NCBI GenBank assembly: GCA_963728665.1 | Contig: CAVSLG010000018.1 | Location: 134,431 to 198,430, forward strand | Direction: 5' to 3' | Source of the DNA: an uncultured Actinomycetes bacterium | GTDB taxonomy: Bacteria; Actinomycetota; UBA4738; HRBIN12 | DNA length: 64,000 bases | In this document: piece by piece, positions 48,083-62,728 of the stretch | Layout: each line of letters begins with the position of its first letter | How positions within the stretch are numbered: position 1 is the stretch's first letter | Notes under the pieces: generated by a model | Told to the model about the DNA's origin: nothing | Databases searched by the model: none | What the model saw: the letters and a program-made list of their open reading frames with translations, nothing else | Made by a program: the position numbers and the translations under genes

Positions 48083-51046
48083 TCAGTCCTCGGCCGTGGA
48101 GAGCCGGTGCAGCTCCTGCACCAGCTCGGAACCGTCCGTGCTCGCGCTCGTCTCGACCGCGTCGACGACGATGTGCAGCGCCTCGGCTCCGGCGACCGCC
48201 GCGGGGCTGGCCTCGTTCGCCGGCCGCTCCCTGCCGGCGCCATCGGGCAGGAACACCTTGAACGACGACCCACCGTTCTCGCGGCTCTCGACCGTCGCCC
48301 ATCCGCCCTGCACCTCGGCGAAGCGCGACACCACCGGGCTGAGCGACGCGTCGGACGAGGGCTCGGGGTCCTCGACCGCGATGATCGCGCCGCCGTCGGA
48401 TGCGCTGAGCCGGACCGTGATCGCCTTCTTCGCAGGGGTCCGGTCGCCCGAGGTCCGCAACAGGCCCGACAGGATCTGCTCGGTGCGAAGGTTGTCGATC
48501 GCCACGACGACGCGCTCGGTCTCGACCCGCAGCTCGTGGTCCGCGTCGATGCCCGATTCCTCGACCACCCGCTTCACGAGGGCCTCCAGGTCGGTTCGGC
48601 GTACCGTGAGCTCCACCTCGCCGCGAACGAGACGGTCCGCATCGGCGAGGTCGGCAACGGTGTGCTCCAGGCGCCGGGTGTGGACGGCGAGCTGGCGCAC
48701 CAGCTGCGCCTGCTCCTTCCCATCCTTCTTGTGCTTGAGGATCTGCGAGATGCCGAGGATCTTCGTCAACGACTTGCGAGCGTCGGTCGAGAGCTCCTTC
48801 AGGAACGGCGAGGTGGCACGCCGGTCTTCGATCGGGGCGGCGCCCCCGACGTTGGCCGGGACATCGGGACCCACGGTCGCCTCGGCGGTCTGCTCCGCGT
48901 CTTCGCCTCGCAGGTGCCGCATGGCCGCGGCCATCTGCTGTTGACGCAGCTCGCTCTCGGTCTCCTCCAGCTTCGTCGTGGCGACGGCGACCTGGCGTTC
49001 CAGGGCGTGCACTCGCTCCTCGGCCGCGATCAGCTTCTCGGTCTGTCCGGCCAGACGCTCCTGGGTGACGCGGAGGATCTCGTCGATGTCGGCCCGGCCT
49101 TCCGAGTCCGCGAGCTCGAGCTGCCGGCGGGCCTCGATCTCCTGGAGCCGGCGGTTCAGGTCCGCGTTCTCCTGGGAGGCGGCCTCGAGCTCGGCGGCCA
49201 GCCGCTGCTGGCGCGACACGGCGTCGACCGACTGCCGCTCCACCTGTTGCAGACGTTCGGTCGCCTGCTGCAGGGCCTCGGACTGCGACGAGAGCTGGGC
49301 GACGGTCGTGTCGAGCTCGGCACGAGCGATCGTGAGCTCGCCGGCGAGTCGGCTCGCCTCGGCCTGGTTGCCCGCGATCTCTTCCTCAGCGTTGGCGAAG
49401 CGACTCGTGCGCGCCACGAGCTCGCGCTCCACATCGTCGACCCGCTGCTGGGCGGCATCCTCGGCGGCCGCGATCCGTTGTGCGATGCCGGCGTCCCTCG
49501 CGGCGAGCTCTTCGGCGTGGCGAGCCTCGAGGCGAGACATTTCGGTCTGGAACTCCTCCCGGGTGGTGCGGACCTTGGCTTCGAGGTCGACCTCGCGCTC
49601 GACGAGCTCTGCGCGGTGGGATGCGGAGACGCTCTGGAGCTCGGCCTTGACCGAGCGCAGCTCGTCCTCCAGCATCGCCGCGCGCTGCTCCTCGGCCCGG
49701 AGGGCCCGGACCTCCGCACGCAGGTCTTCGAGCTCCCGCGACTTCGAGCTGAGCTCGGCCTTGGAGTTCACCGAGCTCTCCCGCGCCTGCAACGTCTGCG
49801 TGTGTATGGCGTCGAGCTCCGCCTGCAGTTCGCGGGCTCGATCCGCCTGTGCACGCTGGGTCTCCAGCTCCCGTCGGATCAGGGAGAGTTGCGTCTGGGC
49901 TCCCTCGAGCTCCGCGCGCAGCCCGATCGTCTCCTGCTCGGCGGCGTCGAGCCGCTCGTCGGCGTTGCCCTCGGCGACCGCCGGGCGCTGCGACAGGCGC
50001 CGGTTCATCTCGTCGAGCTCCGCCTGCGTGGTCTGTGCCTGGCGCTCGAACAGCCGGGAGCGGTCCTCGAGCTCTCGGGACCGCTCCTCGAGGGCTCTGG
50101 CGCGCTCGTCCGCGCTCCGCGCGTGATCCTCGAGCATCGCCGCGCGCTGCTCCGCTTGCACCGCCCGCTCCTCGAACGTCGGATCGGGGCTCGACGACGT
50201 GGCCTCGCGGAGCCGGTTCTGTGCCGCTTGCAGCTCGTCGAGGGTCTTCCGGTACTGGTCCTGGATCACACCCAGGCGCTCCTCCGCAGCGCGGGCGCGG
50301 TCCTCGGCCATGCGCCTCGCGTCGCCCTCTTCCTTCATGCCCTGCGCCGGCACGGCGAGGGGGCGGCCTCCCGACGCTCCGACGGGGGGTACGGCGACGC
50401 GCTGCTGCTCGACGCGCGAGGGTACGGCATCTGCGGGGTGACGCATGATCCATACGACCAGTCCGGCCACGACGAGGAGCGCGAGTCCGCTGAACAGCGC
50501 CATCGTGCGCCATGGGGCGCTCGCCGCATCGACCGGATCGTCGGACGTCGTCACCTCGACGGTCGCCGGCTCGCCGACGCCCGACTCGAATCGCAGCGGC
50601 AGCATCACCGAGACGGTGCCACCGGAGACGCGCGTCTGGGGGCTCCCGCGGAGCGCGGACCGGATGCGTTCGCGTTCGCCGTCGAGGCGATTCCCGATGC
50701 GTCCTTCCTCGGTCGCATACAGGATCTCGGCGTTCGGCGACCACAGCGTCACTGTGTCGAAGTCGCTCGGGTCGATCACCACGCTGCCGATCTGGTCGCT
50801 CAGCACGTCCGCGCGCACGTCGGCGGCCACGGTGTCGACGTCATCGGGGCGGAACACCAGGCTGAGCGAGCCGTCGGCGATGGCCCTGGCCTGCGTCACG
50901 GTGTCCTCGAGGGCGGCGCTGCGAGCCCGCGCCCCCATCACGAGGGAGCCGGCCACGCCCGTGAGCAACAACACGGCGAGGCCGATCGATGCGATCTTCG
51001 CGATGCCCGTTCCGTTCTTCGTCGTGACCACTGGCACTCCTGGCAA
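48083..51046 (-). CDS. Membrane-anchored long coiled-coil protein with a degenerate histidine-kinase-like C-terminus (start uncertain)
   Basis: TM-extracellular-TM, several hundred residues of heptad-like E/R/A/Q sequence, then a HisKA/HATPase-like region lacking catalytic residues. Confidence 0.75.
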   Translation of the reverse strand: MPGVPVVTTKNGTGIAKIASIGLAVLLLTGVAGSLVMGARARSAALEDTVTQARAIADGSLSLVFRPDDVDTVAADVRADVLSDQIGSVVIDPSDFDTVTLWSPNAEILYATEEGRIGNRLDGERERIRSALRGSPQTRVSGGTVSVMLPLRFESGVGEPATVEVTTSDDPVDAASAPWRTMALFSGLALLVVAGLVVWIMRHPADAVPSRVEQQRVAVPPVGASGGRPLAVPAQGMKEEGDARRMAEDRARAAEERLGVIQDQYRKTLDELQAAQNRLREATSSSPDPTFEERAVQAEQRAAMLEDHARSADERARALEERSRELEDRSRLFERQAQTTQAELDEMNRRLSQRPAVAEGNADERLDAAEQETIGLRAELEGAQTQLSLIRRELETQRAQADRARELQAELDAIHTQTLQARESSVNSKAELSSKSRELEDLRAEVRALRAEEQRAAMLEDELRSVKAELQSVSASHRAELVEREVDLEAKVRTTREEFQTEMSRLEARHAEELAARDAGIAQRIAAAEDAAQQRVDDVERELVARTSRFANAEEEIAGNQAEASRLAGELTIARAELDTTVAQLSSQSEALQQATERLQQVERQSVDAVSRQQRLAAELEAASQENADLNRRLQEIEARRQLELADSEGRADIDEILRVTQERLAGQTEKLIAAEERVHALERQVAVATTKLEETESELRQQQMAAAMRHLRGEDAEQTAEATVGPDVPANVGGAAPIEDRRATSPFLKELSTDARKSLTKILGISQILKHKKDGKEQAQLVRQLAVHTRRLEHTVADLADADRLVRGEVELTVRRTDLEALVKRVVEESGIDADHELRVETERVVVAIDNLRTEQILSGLLRTSGDRTPAKKAITVRLSASDGGAIIAVEDPEPSSDASLSPVVSRFAEVQGGWATVESRENGGSSFKVFLPDGAGRERPANEASPAAVAGAEALHIVVDAVETSASTDGSELVQELHRLSTAED

Positions 51047-51180
51047 GGTTCGGGTCTGGTCTGCGTGGGTGGGTTATCGGCAAGGCAGGCCCCGGGGTTC
51101 AGTCGGCCTCGGCGGAGAAGTCCTCGGTCCGATGGACGGGTCCCGACGCCCTAGGTCGAGTGCCCGAACGTGTGGCGTTC

Positions 51181-51266
51181 GCCACTCCTCACCCGAGCGT
51201 GGCGCCGGCCACTCCCTACTCGAGCGTGGCTCCGGCCGCTCCCTACTCGAGCGTGGCTCCGGCCAC
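51181..51266. repeat. 27-bp tandem repeat (3 copies plus partial) overlapping the sbcC stop
   Basis: GCCACTCCTCACCCGAGCGTGGCGCCG / GCCACTCCCTACTCGAGCGTGGCTCCG / GCCGCTCCCTACTCGAGCGTGGCTCCG. Confidence 0.85.
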
Positions 51267-53765
51267 GACCACCGTGTCGCCGGTGAGGTCGTGCTTGTCG
51301 AGCACGATCAGGTCCTCGAGGCTCTCGCGCATCTGTTCCACGTGGCTCACGAGCACCACGAGCCGCCCGGTGTCGTTGGCCACGAGCCGTCCGATGCCAT
51401 CCATCGCGCGGTCGAGGTGCTCGGGGTCGAGCGAGCCGAACCCCTCGTCGAGGAAGAAGGCGTCGAGGCGACCACCGCCGCGGGCCACCATCTCGGCCAA
51501 CGCGAGCGCCAAGGCGAGCGAAGCGAGGAAGGTCTCGCCCCCCGAAAGGCTGTCGGCCCGGCGTTCGGTGCCTGCCGCGTTCATGTCGAGGACCTCGAAG
51601 CGGTCATCGTCGGTGAACCGGTACGCGTTGCCACTGAGCTCTTCGAAGTGCACGCTGCCCAGCTCGGCGAGCGCCTGCCGTTCCTCTTCCAACAGGAACG
51701 CGAGGAACCGTGACGGCTGCAGGTCCGCCACCAGTCTGCTCGCGATCGCGTGGTCGCTGCGTGTGGTCGAGAGGCGCTCGTCGAGGTCGGCCCCGGCGTC
51801 GACCGTGTCACGGAGCCCACGCACCTGCTCGTCGGCCGCTCCACGCTCGGCCGAGGCGGTCGCGAGGGCCATCGTGAAGTCGTCGTCGGGCCCGAGTCCC
51901 GCACCCACGAGCGATCGGCGCATCGTCTCGGTCGCCTCCTGCGACTCCTGCTGCGCTGCGGTCAGCGCGGCCCGCGCGTGCTCCTGGCCCTCGAGCAGGG
52001 CCTCGCCCGCGTCGACGAACGCCGCGCGCACGGCCTCGGCCTCGGGCGCCACCTCTCGCGTCTCTCCGAGCAGGCCCCAGACCGAGGCGAGCCGGTTCGC
52101 GAGCGCGGTCAGGCGGGAGCGGCTCTCCTCGCCGAGGCGCCGGGCCTGATCGAGGGCCCGCCGAGCTTCGGTGGCCGCGGCGTTCGCGCCCTCCACGGCG
52201 GCGGACGCCTCGGCCAGCTCGCGGGTCCGTTCCTCGATCAACGCCCGAGGGTCGCCCTCACCCAGGCGGTCGACGAGTTCGCTCTGCGCCGCGGCGAGCG
52301 CTGCGTCGGCGACACGCATCGCCTCCTCTGCCCGTTCGAGGTCCTGCGCGCGCTCCTCGGCTCGGGCCCGCGCCGATCCGAGCCGTTCTTCGGCGGTGGC
52401 GGCGTCGGCCGCCGCCGACTGGTGCAACGCCCGAGCCTTCGACTCGGAGCGGCGGGCGCGCCCGAGCGTCTGCTCGGCGCCTGCGATGGCCGGCGCCCGC
52501 CCGGCCTTCGGGATCGTCGCCACCGCTTGCTCGCACACGGGACACGACTGCCCCGGGACGAGCGTGGTCCGCAGCGACCGGGCCATGTCGGCGTGGCGGG
52601 CCTCGTGCAGCGCCCGCTCGGCATCGGCGACCGTCGCACTCGCGGCCTCGAGCGAGCGGCCCGCCTCGGCGAGGGATCCGACCGCCTGATCGTGCACGGA
52701 CTCGAGCTGCTCGACGCCCGCGATGGACTCGCGGGCCGCTGCTGCCGCCCGATCGCGCGCCTGGGCAGCCTGCTCCGCGCCTGCCACGAGGTGCTCGTGC
52801 TCGGTCACGAGCGCCGCGAACGCGATCTGGTCCCCGACCTGCTCGGCGACGGCGGCGTGGGTCGCCTCGGCGTCGGCGCGGGTCGCTTCCGCCCGGTCGG
52901 CGTCGTCGACGGCCTGGTCGATGGCTCGCGCGGACGCGCGCGCCGCCTCGGCGACCCGGTCGAGCTCATCGGCGTCGGGCAGGGACGACGCGGTCTCGCG
53001 CAGGCGTGCATCCGAGGACTCGGCCTCGAGGGCTCGCCGTTGAGCATCCCGCGCACTCGCCGCGGCCAGCTCGAACGGCTCCCTCGCGGCCTCGAGCGCC
53101 GTGGCTCGCGCCGTCGCCGTCGCGAGGCGTTTCTCGGCGACCTCGAGATGCTCTCGCGCCGCCGCGAGCTGCGATCCCTCGCGATCGAGCGACTCCAGCA
53201 GCAGGTGCGCCGCAGCCACCCGACGCTTCGCCGCCTCGAGCGCCGCATCGAACCGCTCGTACCCGAAGACCCCCTTCAGCACCTCGTTGCGTTCCTTCGG
53301 CGTGGCTTTCAGGAAGTCCGCGAACCGGTTCTGCGCGAGCAGCACGGAACGGCTGAACGCGTCGAAGTCCATGCCGAGCAGCCGTTCGACCCGCTCGCGC
53401 ACGGGCTTCTCGCCCGTGATCGCCTCAAGCACGACGGCGTCGGGCTCGTCGGTCTCGAGATGCTGGAGCTGGTGGCCCGACGCTCCCTTGCGCCGCAGGC
53501 CCCGCGCGGCCCGCCACACCTCGCCGTCGACCTCGAAGCGCAGCTCGACGTGGCTCTCGCTCGCCGTCTGGTTGATCAACGACTTCGTGTCGCGTTCGAA
53601 CGTGGGCGTCTTGCCGTAGAGGGCGAACGCGATCGCGTCGAGGATCGAGGATTTCCCGGCGCCGATCGGCCCCACCACGCCGACCAGGTGACGACCGCGC
53701 CAATCGAAGATCGTCTCTTCTCGGTAGGAGCGAAACCCCTTCAACCTGAGCTCAAGCGGACGCAT
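51243..53765 (-). CDS. sbcC: SbcC/Rad50 SMC-family ATPase
   Basis: GPIGAGKS, LLAQ Q-loop, CPVC zinc hook, LSGGE, FFLDEGFGSLD, VSH. Confidence 0.93.
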   Translation of the reverse strand: MRPLELRLKGFRSYREETIFDWRGRHLVGVVGPIGAGKSSILDAIAFALYGKTPTFERDTKSLINQTASESHVELRFEVDGEVWRAARGLRRKGASGHQLQHLETDEPDAVVLEAITGEKPVRERVERLLGMDFDAFSRSVLLAQNRFADFLKATPKERNEVLKGVFGYERFDAALEAAKRRVAAAHLLLESLDREGSQLAAAREHLEVAEKRLATATARATALEAAREPFELAAASARDAQRRALEAESSDARLRETASSLPDADELDRVAEAARASARAIDQAVDDADRAEATRADAEATHAAVAEQVGDQIAFAALVTEHEHLVAGAEQAAQARDRAAAAARESIAGVEQLESVHDQAVGSLAEAGRSLEAASATVADAERALHEARHADMARSLRTTLVPGQSCPVCEQAVATIPKAGRAPAIAGAEQTLGRARRSESKARALHQSAAADAATAEERLGSARARAEERAQDLERAEEAMRVADAALAAAQSELVDRLGEGDPRALIEERTRELAEASAAVEGANAAATEARRALDQARRLGEESRSRLTALANRLASVWGLLGETREVAPEAEAVRAAFVDAGEALLEGQEHARAALTAAQQESQEATETMRRSLVGAGLGPDDDFTMALATASAERGAADEQVRGLRDTVDAGADLDERLSTTRSDHAIASRLVADLQPSRFLAFLLEEERQALAELGSVHFEELSGNAYRFTDDDRFEVLDMNAAGTERRADSLSGGETFLASLALALALAEMVARGGGRLDAFFLDEGFGSLDPEHLDRAMDGIGRLVANDTGRLVVLVSHVEQMRESLEDLIVLDKHDLTGDTVVVAGATLE

Positions 53766-54927
53766 CGGCGGCTTCCTCGAGCACCTCGCGGAAGAGCGCG
53801 ACGAGCTCGGGCGGCGGGTCCTCGCCCGTCGCGCGGCGCGTGAACTCGGCGTAGAGCTCCTCGTCGGTCGGTCTGGCGGCGCCGTCGGGCCGCTCCGTTC
53901 GGCGGCCTTCGGGATGCAGCGCGCGCACGTTCACCAGGTACGGGAAGGTCTCGGCCGCCCTGCGGGCGAGATCGGTGTCGGCGCCGCCCACCTGCACCGT
54001 CAGATCGAGGAAGCCCTCGCGCAGCTCGTCGCCGCGAGATTCGATCTGCGCCCAGGTGCCGGTCACGCGCTCGAGCGGCCGACCACTCGTGAGCGGTACC
54101 GAGTCGATCGTCGCCAGCCGTCCGGGCTCGACGTCGACGACGACGACGCGCTTGCGCTCACCAGCTTCCCCGAAGTCAAGGCAGAGCAGCGACCCCGCGT
54201 ACTCGGCGGGCACCGGCGCACCCGGCACCGGCTGCGGTGCGTGGATGTGTCCCATCGCCACGTACTGCGGCCCCGCGGGGATCGCCTGTGCCGTGGCCGT
54301 GTACGCGGTGCCCATGTGCAGCTCGCGCTCGCCGCGGGGCGCCCCCGTGTCGACCTTCACCCCGCCCACGAGGAAGTGGCCCATCAGGATCGGCACGAGC
54401 GAGTCGCCCGCGCGAGCCACCAGGGCCTCGTTGTAGGCGGTGGTGACTTTCGCGACGCGCCCGGCGTACTCGCCGTACCACTCACCGGCGTCGCGCATGA
54501 AGTCGACGACGCGCCCCTCGCGCAGGAATGGGAAGCACGCCACCACCGCATCGACGCCGAGCACGTCGGGCCCGAGCACACCCCCCGCGTCGGGTCGCTT
54601 GATCGTGCCGACGAGGTGCACGCCGTTGCCCTGGCCGCGCAGGAGCGGCGCGAGCGCTTCGAACAGGTCGGGGGAGTCGTGGTTGCCCGCAACGACGACC
54701 ACGGGGCGCCGAGCCGCGAGGCGCAGAAGCGCCTCGATGCCGAGCGCGAGCGCCTCGACGGGCGGGATCGGCCGGTCGAACACGTCGCCCGAGACGAGCA
54801 CGAGATCGACGTCGCGCTCGTCGGCGATCGCGACGACCTCGTCGAGCACGTCGCGGAACTCCTGCGAGCGATCGTGTCGGCCGAGGCGGCGGCCGATGTG
54901 CCAATCCGACGTGTGGAGGATCTTCAT
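53752..54927 (-). CDS. sbcD: SbcD/Mre11 nuclease
   Basis: HTSDWHIG, GDVFD, AGNHD, AMGHIH, YAGS. Confidence 0.93.
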   Translation of the reverse strand: MKILHTSDWHIGRRLGRHDRSQEFRDVLDEVVAIADERDVDLVLVSGDVFDRPIPPVEALALGIEALLRLAARRPVVVVAGNHDSPDLFEALAPLLRGQGNGVHLVGTIKRPDAGGVLGPDVLGVDAVVACFPFLREGRVVDFMRDAGEWYGEYAGRVAKVTTAYNEALVARAGDSLVPILMGHFLVGGVKVDTGAPRGERELHMGTAYTATAQAIPAGPQYVAMGHIHAPQPVPGAPVPAEYAGSLLCLDFGEAGERKRVVVVDVEPGRLATIDSVPLTSGRPLERVTGTWAQIESRGDELREGFLDLTVQVGGADTDLARRAAETFPYLVNVRALHPEGRRTERPDGAARPTDEELYAEFTRRATGEDPPPELVALFREVLEEAADASA

Positions 54928-54945
54928 GCGGGGGGAGCGGCGGTG

Positions 54946-56684
<1,739 letters not shown>

Positions 56685-56688
<4 letters not shown>

Positions 56689-57644
56689 GACGCCTCCTGC
56701 CGGATCTCGGGCCGCATCACGGCATGGCGCAGCGCCCGGTACACCAGCCCGCGGTCGCCCATGCGGTGTCGCAGCTCGCGTTCGAGGGCGCCGATCGGCA
56801 CGAGATTCTGGGGAGCGCGCGGATCGACGTGGGGCTCGCTCGCCACGAGGGGCAGGACGGCGGCCGTGCGGTCGGCGATCGCGGAGGCCTCGTCGCGGAC
56901 GAGGTGGCCCGACGTCTCGCACCGAACCACGCCCGTCCAGGAATGCCCGCCCTGCAGCATCGCGAGCCGCAGGTACCAGGAGTAGCGCGCATACGGGGTC
57001 AGCGCGGCGATGCAGAACATCGGGGAACGCTGCCCCGGCGCGAGCTCGGCGATCACGCCGCTCTGGGGCGGCTCGAGGTAGGTGACGCGATGGGTCTTCA
57101 CGTACCCCACCGTCGTGTGCTCTCGGATCTTCTTCAGCGGACCGTCGGCCACGACCGCGCACTCTGCAGCCAGCGTCTCGGCGCACTCTCCCTCGGCGTC
57201 GCGCATCTTCGAGTGCAGGGCCATCATCAGCAGGTTCGGGTCGTCGCCCGGAGCCCTCGTGGTGCCGACCCCGGGCTCGAGTTCGACCGCAGGCATCTGC
57301 TCGCCGCTGCCGCCGGCGAGCACCGCCCACCGCTCGATGCGCACGTCGGCGACTTCGGAGCGCCGGGTCTCGCGGTCCCAGACCACGGCGCCGACCGCGA
57401 ACGTGCCGACGAGGCCGGGGGTCGGCCCGTGCTCGGGGTCGTCGAGGGTGAGCCGGGCGTCGATGCGGCGGACGCCGTCGACGAACGCGATGCGGTCGAC
57501 CCCGTCGTCGTGGCCCTCGATCGGCGCCCAGTCGTCGGTCTCGACGCTCGTGTCGACGGATCCTTCGGCGGGGGAGAGGGCGTCGTCCTGGTCGAGCGGG
57601 GTGCCGTAGTCGGGGTCCCACCCCTCGACGAAGATGCGCGCCAT
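56685..57644 (-). CDS. nurA: NurA-family nuclease
   Basis: AFVDGVRR, VADGPL, GYVKTH, RYSWYLRL, PQNLVPIGALE; GTGA overlap with herA. Confidence 0.82.
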
Positions 57645-57691
57645 GGCGCGTATCGTACCCGGGCACCCCGACACCTCCGCGGAGCCCCGCC

Positions 57692-57720
57692 CCGCTCTAG
57701 TCTGGGTCAGACTAGAGCGG
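57692..57720. terminator. Perfect 13-bp hairpin at the end of the lipoprotein gene
   Basis: CCGCTCTAGTCTG-ggt-CAGACTAGAGCGG. Confidence 0.6.
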
Positions 57721-58473
57721 CGTCGTCTCGACCGACGCGACCGCGAAGCGGTCGCCGTCCCACACGAGCACTCGCTCGCGGATCGCGCTGGGGCAGCAGT
57801 GGGGGTCGTCAGGCTCGTACACGCGCGCGACCTCGTACAGGCCGATCGGGTCGGGGTTCGGCTGGATCTCCGCGTCGCAGACCGAGCGCTTCCACAGGGG
57901 CACGCCGGCGGCGAGGTCGACGACGCGGTAGGTCGCACACGCCCCGGTGCCGCCCGTCTCCTCGCGGATCAGGGCCTCGGCCGATGCGTCCCCGGTGAGA
58001 TCGGTCACGTCGGCCGCGATCGCGAGCACGCCGTCTCGCTCGCCGTGGGCGAGCCCGTACACCGCGTGCCAGGGAGGGTCGGCGCCCGGCTCGCGACGCC
58101 ACACCACGAACCCGCGAGCCTTCGAGAAAGGATCGTTCCCCGGCGTCGCGAACGCGATCACGACGGCCTCCCCGCCCGGAACCTTCGCCCGGTCGAGGCC
58201 CGTGACCTCGTCGCCGCCGGGGACGAGGAGTTCGACCGGCAGGTCGCGGCCCGGCAGGTCCTCGTCGAACGACGCCGGCACGCCCTCGGGGATCTCGGCC
58301 GGCGGCGTGGATGGCGTGACGGTCGACGACGGCTCGTCGCTCACGCTCGGCGTCGCCGGCGCCGAGGGAGACACACTGTCGGTGGCCGATCCGGTCGCGA
58401 CCGGGTCGCTCTCGGGGGCGCCGCACGCGACCACCGCGAACGCGAGCGCGAGGGTGAAGGCGAGGGGTCGCAC
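57712..58473 (-). CDS. Lipoprotein with C-terminal DPHCCPS motif (LppP/LprE-like)
   Basis: Lipobox VVAC, Pro/Ser/Thr linker, YEPDDPHCCPS..WDGDRF. Confidence 0.7.
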   Translation of the reverse strand: MRPLAFTLALAFAVVACGAPESDPVATGSATDSVSPSAPATPSVSDEPSSTVTPSTPPAEIPEGVPASFDEDLPGRDLPVELLVPGGDEVTGLDRAKVPGGEAVVIAFATPGNDPFSKARGFVVWRREPGADPPWHAVYGLAHGERDGVLAIAADVTDLTGDASAEALIREETGGTGACATYRVVDLAAGVPLWKRSVCDAEIQPNPDPIGLYEVARVYEPDDPHCCPSAIRERVLVWDGDRFAVASVETTPL

Positions 58474-58531
58474 CGGCCGATGCTACCCGGGGTGCACCGT
58501 CGATCCGGCAGCCCGGCGTACGATGCGGTCC

Positions 58532-59041
58532 ATGTCCGAGCTGGTTCCCAAGACCGTCGCCGAGTCGCGCGTCGAGCTCACGCAGCTGATGGAGGCCATC
58601 GACGTGAACATCGCCGGCACCGTGCACGGCGGAGTCGTGATGCGCCTGGTCGACACCGCCGCAGGGCTGGCCGCGATCCGCCACGCCGCCGGGCTCGCGG
58701 TCACGGTCGCGATCGACGAGCTGACGTTCCTCGAGCCGGTGCACATCGGCGACCTGCTCGTGTTGCGCGCCACCGTGAACGATGTCGGCACCACCTCGAT
58801 GGAGTGCGGCGTGCGCGTCGAGGCGCACGACCCCGTCACCGGCACGATGCGCCACGTGAACACCGCCTACCTCGTGTTCGTCGCGGTCGACGACGACGGG
58901 AACCCGCGGCCCGTGCCGCCGCTCGTGGCCGAAACCGAGGAGGAGCAGCGCCGCCGGCGCGAGGCCAAGCTCCGCCGCACGGCACGCCTCGCCCACAAGG
59001 AAGCCGTCAAGGCCGCCCGCGTCGCTGAAGAGCGCGACTGA
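58532..59041 (+). CDS. Acyl-CoA thioesterase (hotdog fold)
   Basis: NIAGTVHGG..D, VTVAID..FLEPV, GTTSME, VFVAVD. Confidence 0.92.
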   Translation: MSELVPKTVAESRVELTQLMEAIDVNIAGTVHGGVVMRLVDTAAGLAAIRHAAGLAVTVAIDELTFLEPVHIGDLLVLRATVNDVGTTSMECGVRVEAHDPVTGTMRHVNTAYLVFVAVDDDGNPRPVPPLVAETEEEQRRRREAKLRRTARLAHKEAVKAARVAEERD

Positions 59042-59115
59042 CGTTCCCGGAACGGGTCGAGCTCGTCGGCGTGGGAGGATGAAAGGACCTCTCATGCGGA
59101 AGGACTGATGCACCT

Positions 59116-61824
<2,709 letters not shown>

Positions 61825-61885
61825 CGAACCTATGCATGCGCTCCTCGCCGCGACGCTGAGGAGACCGCTCACCTAGCATCGAGCC

Positions 61886-62665
61886 ATGCCCGCCGACGCC
61901 AACGTGGTCGCCACCGGTGTCACCGACGCACGCCTGCAGAACCTGCGCCGGTGGAACATCGGACTCACGGTGCTCCACATCGCCCAGGCGGTGGCGGTGC
62001 TGCTGCTCGCAGACGACTTCGCGATCGCGGTGACGTCGTCCTTCCCCGACGGACCGCCGGGTGCGCCGATCCCAGCTCCCGAGACGCTGTTCGAGGTGAA
62101 GATCGGCTGGGCCGTCGCCTTGTTCCTCGGTCTCGCGGCGCTCGACCATCTGCTCACCGCGACGGTCGGGAGAGGCACGTACGAACGCGACTTGCGCCGC
62201 GGCATCAACCGGTTCCGCTGGGTGGAGTACGCGTTCAGCGCGACGCTGATGATCGTGCTCATCAACTTCTACTCGGGGACCACCTCGATCAACGCCGTCA
62301 TCGCGATCGCCGGAGCGAACGTGGCGATGATCCTGTTCGGCTGGATCGAGGAGGCGATGAATCCTCCGGGCCGCTCGTCGACGACGATGCTCCCGTTCTG
62401 GTTCGGCACCATCGCCGGTCTCGCGCCGTGGGCCGTCGTCGCAGTGAACATCATCGGCTCGGCGACCGTGCCGGGGTTCGTCTACGGCATCGTCATCGCG
62501 CAGTTCGTCTTCTTCTTCAGCTTCGGGCTGAACCAGTGGCTCCAGTACCGGGGAGTCGGTCGCTGGACCGACTACGCGTTCGGCGAGAAGGCCTACCTCG
62601 TGCTCAGTCTGGGAGCGAAGTCGGCGCTCGCCTGGCAGATCTTCGCGGGCTCGCTCGCCGGCTGA
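61886..62665 (+). CDS. Heliorhodopsin
   Basis: LRRWN..LH..Q, DH, NRFRWVEYAFSA, GEKAYLVLSLGAKSALAWQ retinal Lys. Confidence 0.93.
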   Translation: MPADANVVATGVTDARLQNLRRWNIGLTVLHIAQAVAVLLLADDFAIAVTSSFPDGPPGAPIPAPETLFEVKIGWAVALFLGLAALDHLLTATVGRGTYERDLRRGINRFRWVEYAFSATLMIVLINFYSGTTSINAVIAIAGANVAMILFGWIEEAMNPPGRSSTTMLPFWFGTIAGLAPWAVVAVNIIGSATVPGFVYGIVIAQFVFFFSFGLNQWLQYRGVGRWTDYAFGEKAYLVLSLGAKSALAWQIFAGSLAG

Positions 62666-62678
62666 GCCCGAACATGGA

Positions 62679-62707
62679 GGAAGGCGGGGCGCGGGGCCCC
62701 GCCTTCC
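62679..62707. terminator. Hairpin between convergent heliorhodopsin and DoxX genes
   Basis: GGAAGGCGGGGC-gcggg-GCCCCGCCTTCC. Confidence 0.75.
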
Positions 62708-62728
62708 GTTCGCCGTTCCTCGTCGTGC

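Noticed and set aside
47921-51154. Very long antisense or alternative-frame ORFs (e.g. 1077 aa here, 831 aa at 14421-16916, 849 aa at 20805-23354)
   Set aside because: These are expected shadows of high-GC codon usage, with no recognisable motifs.
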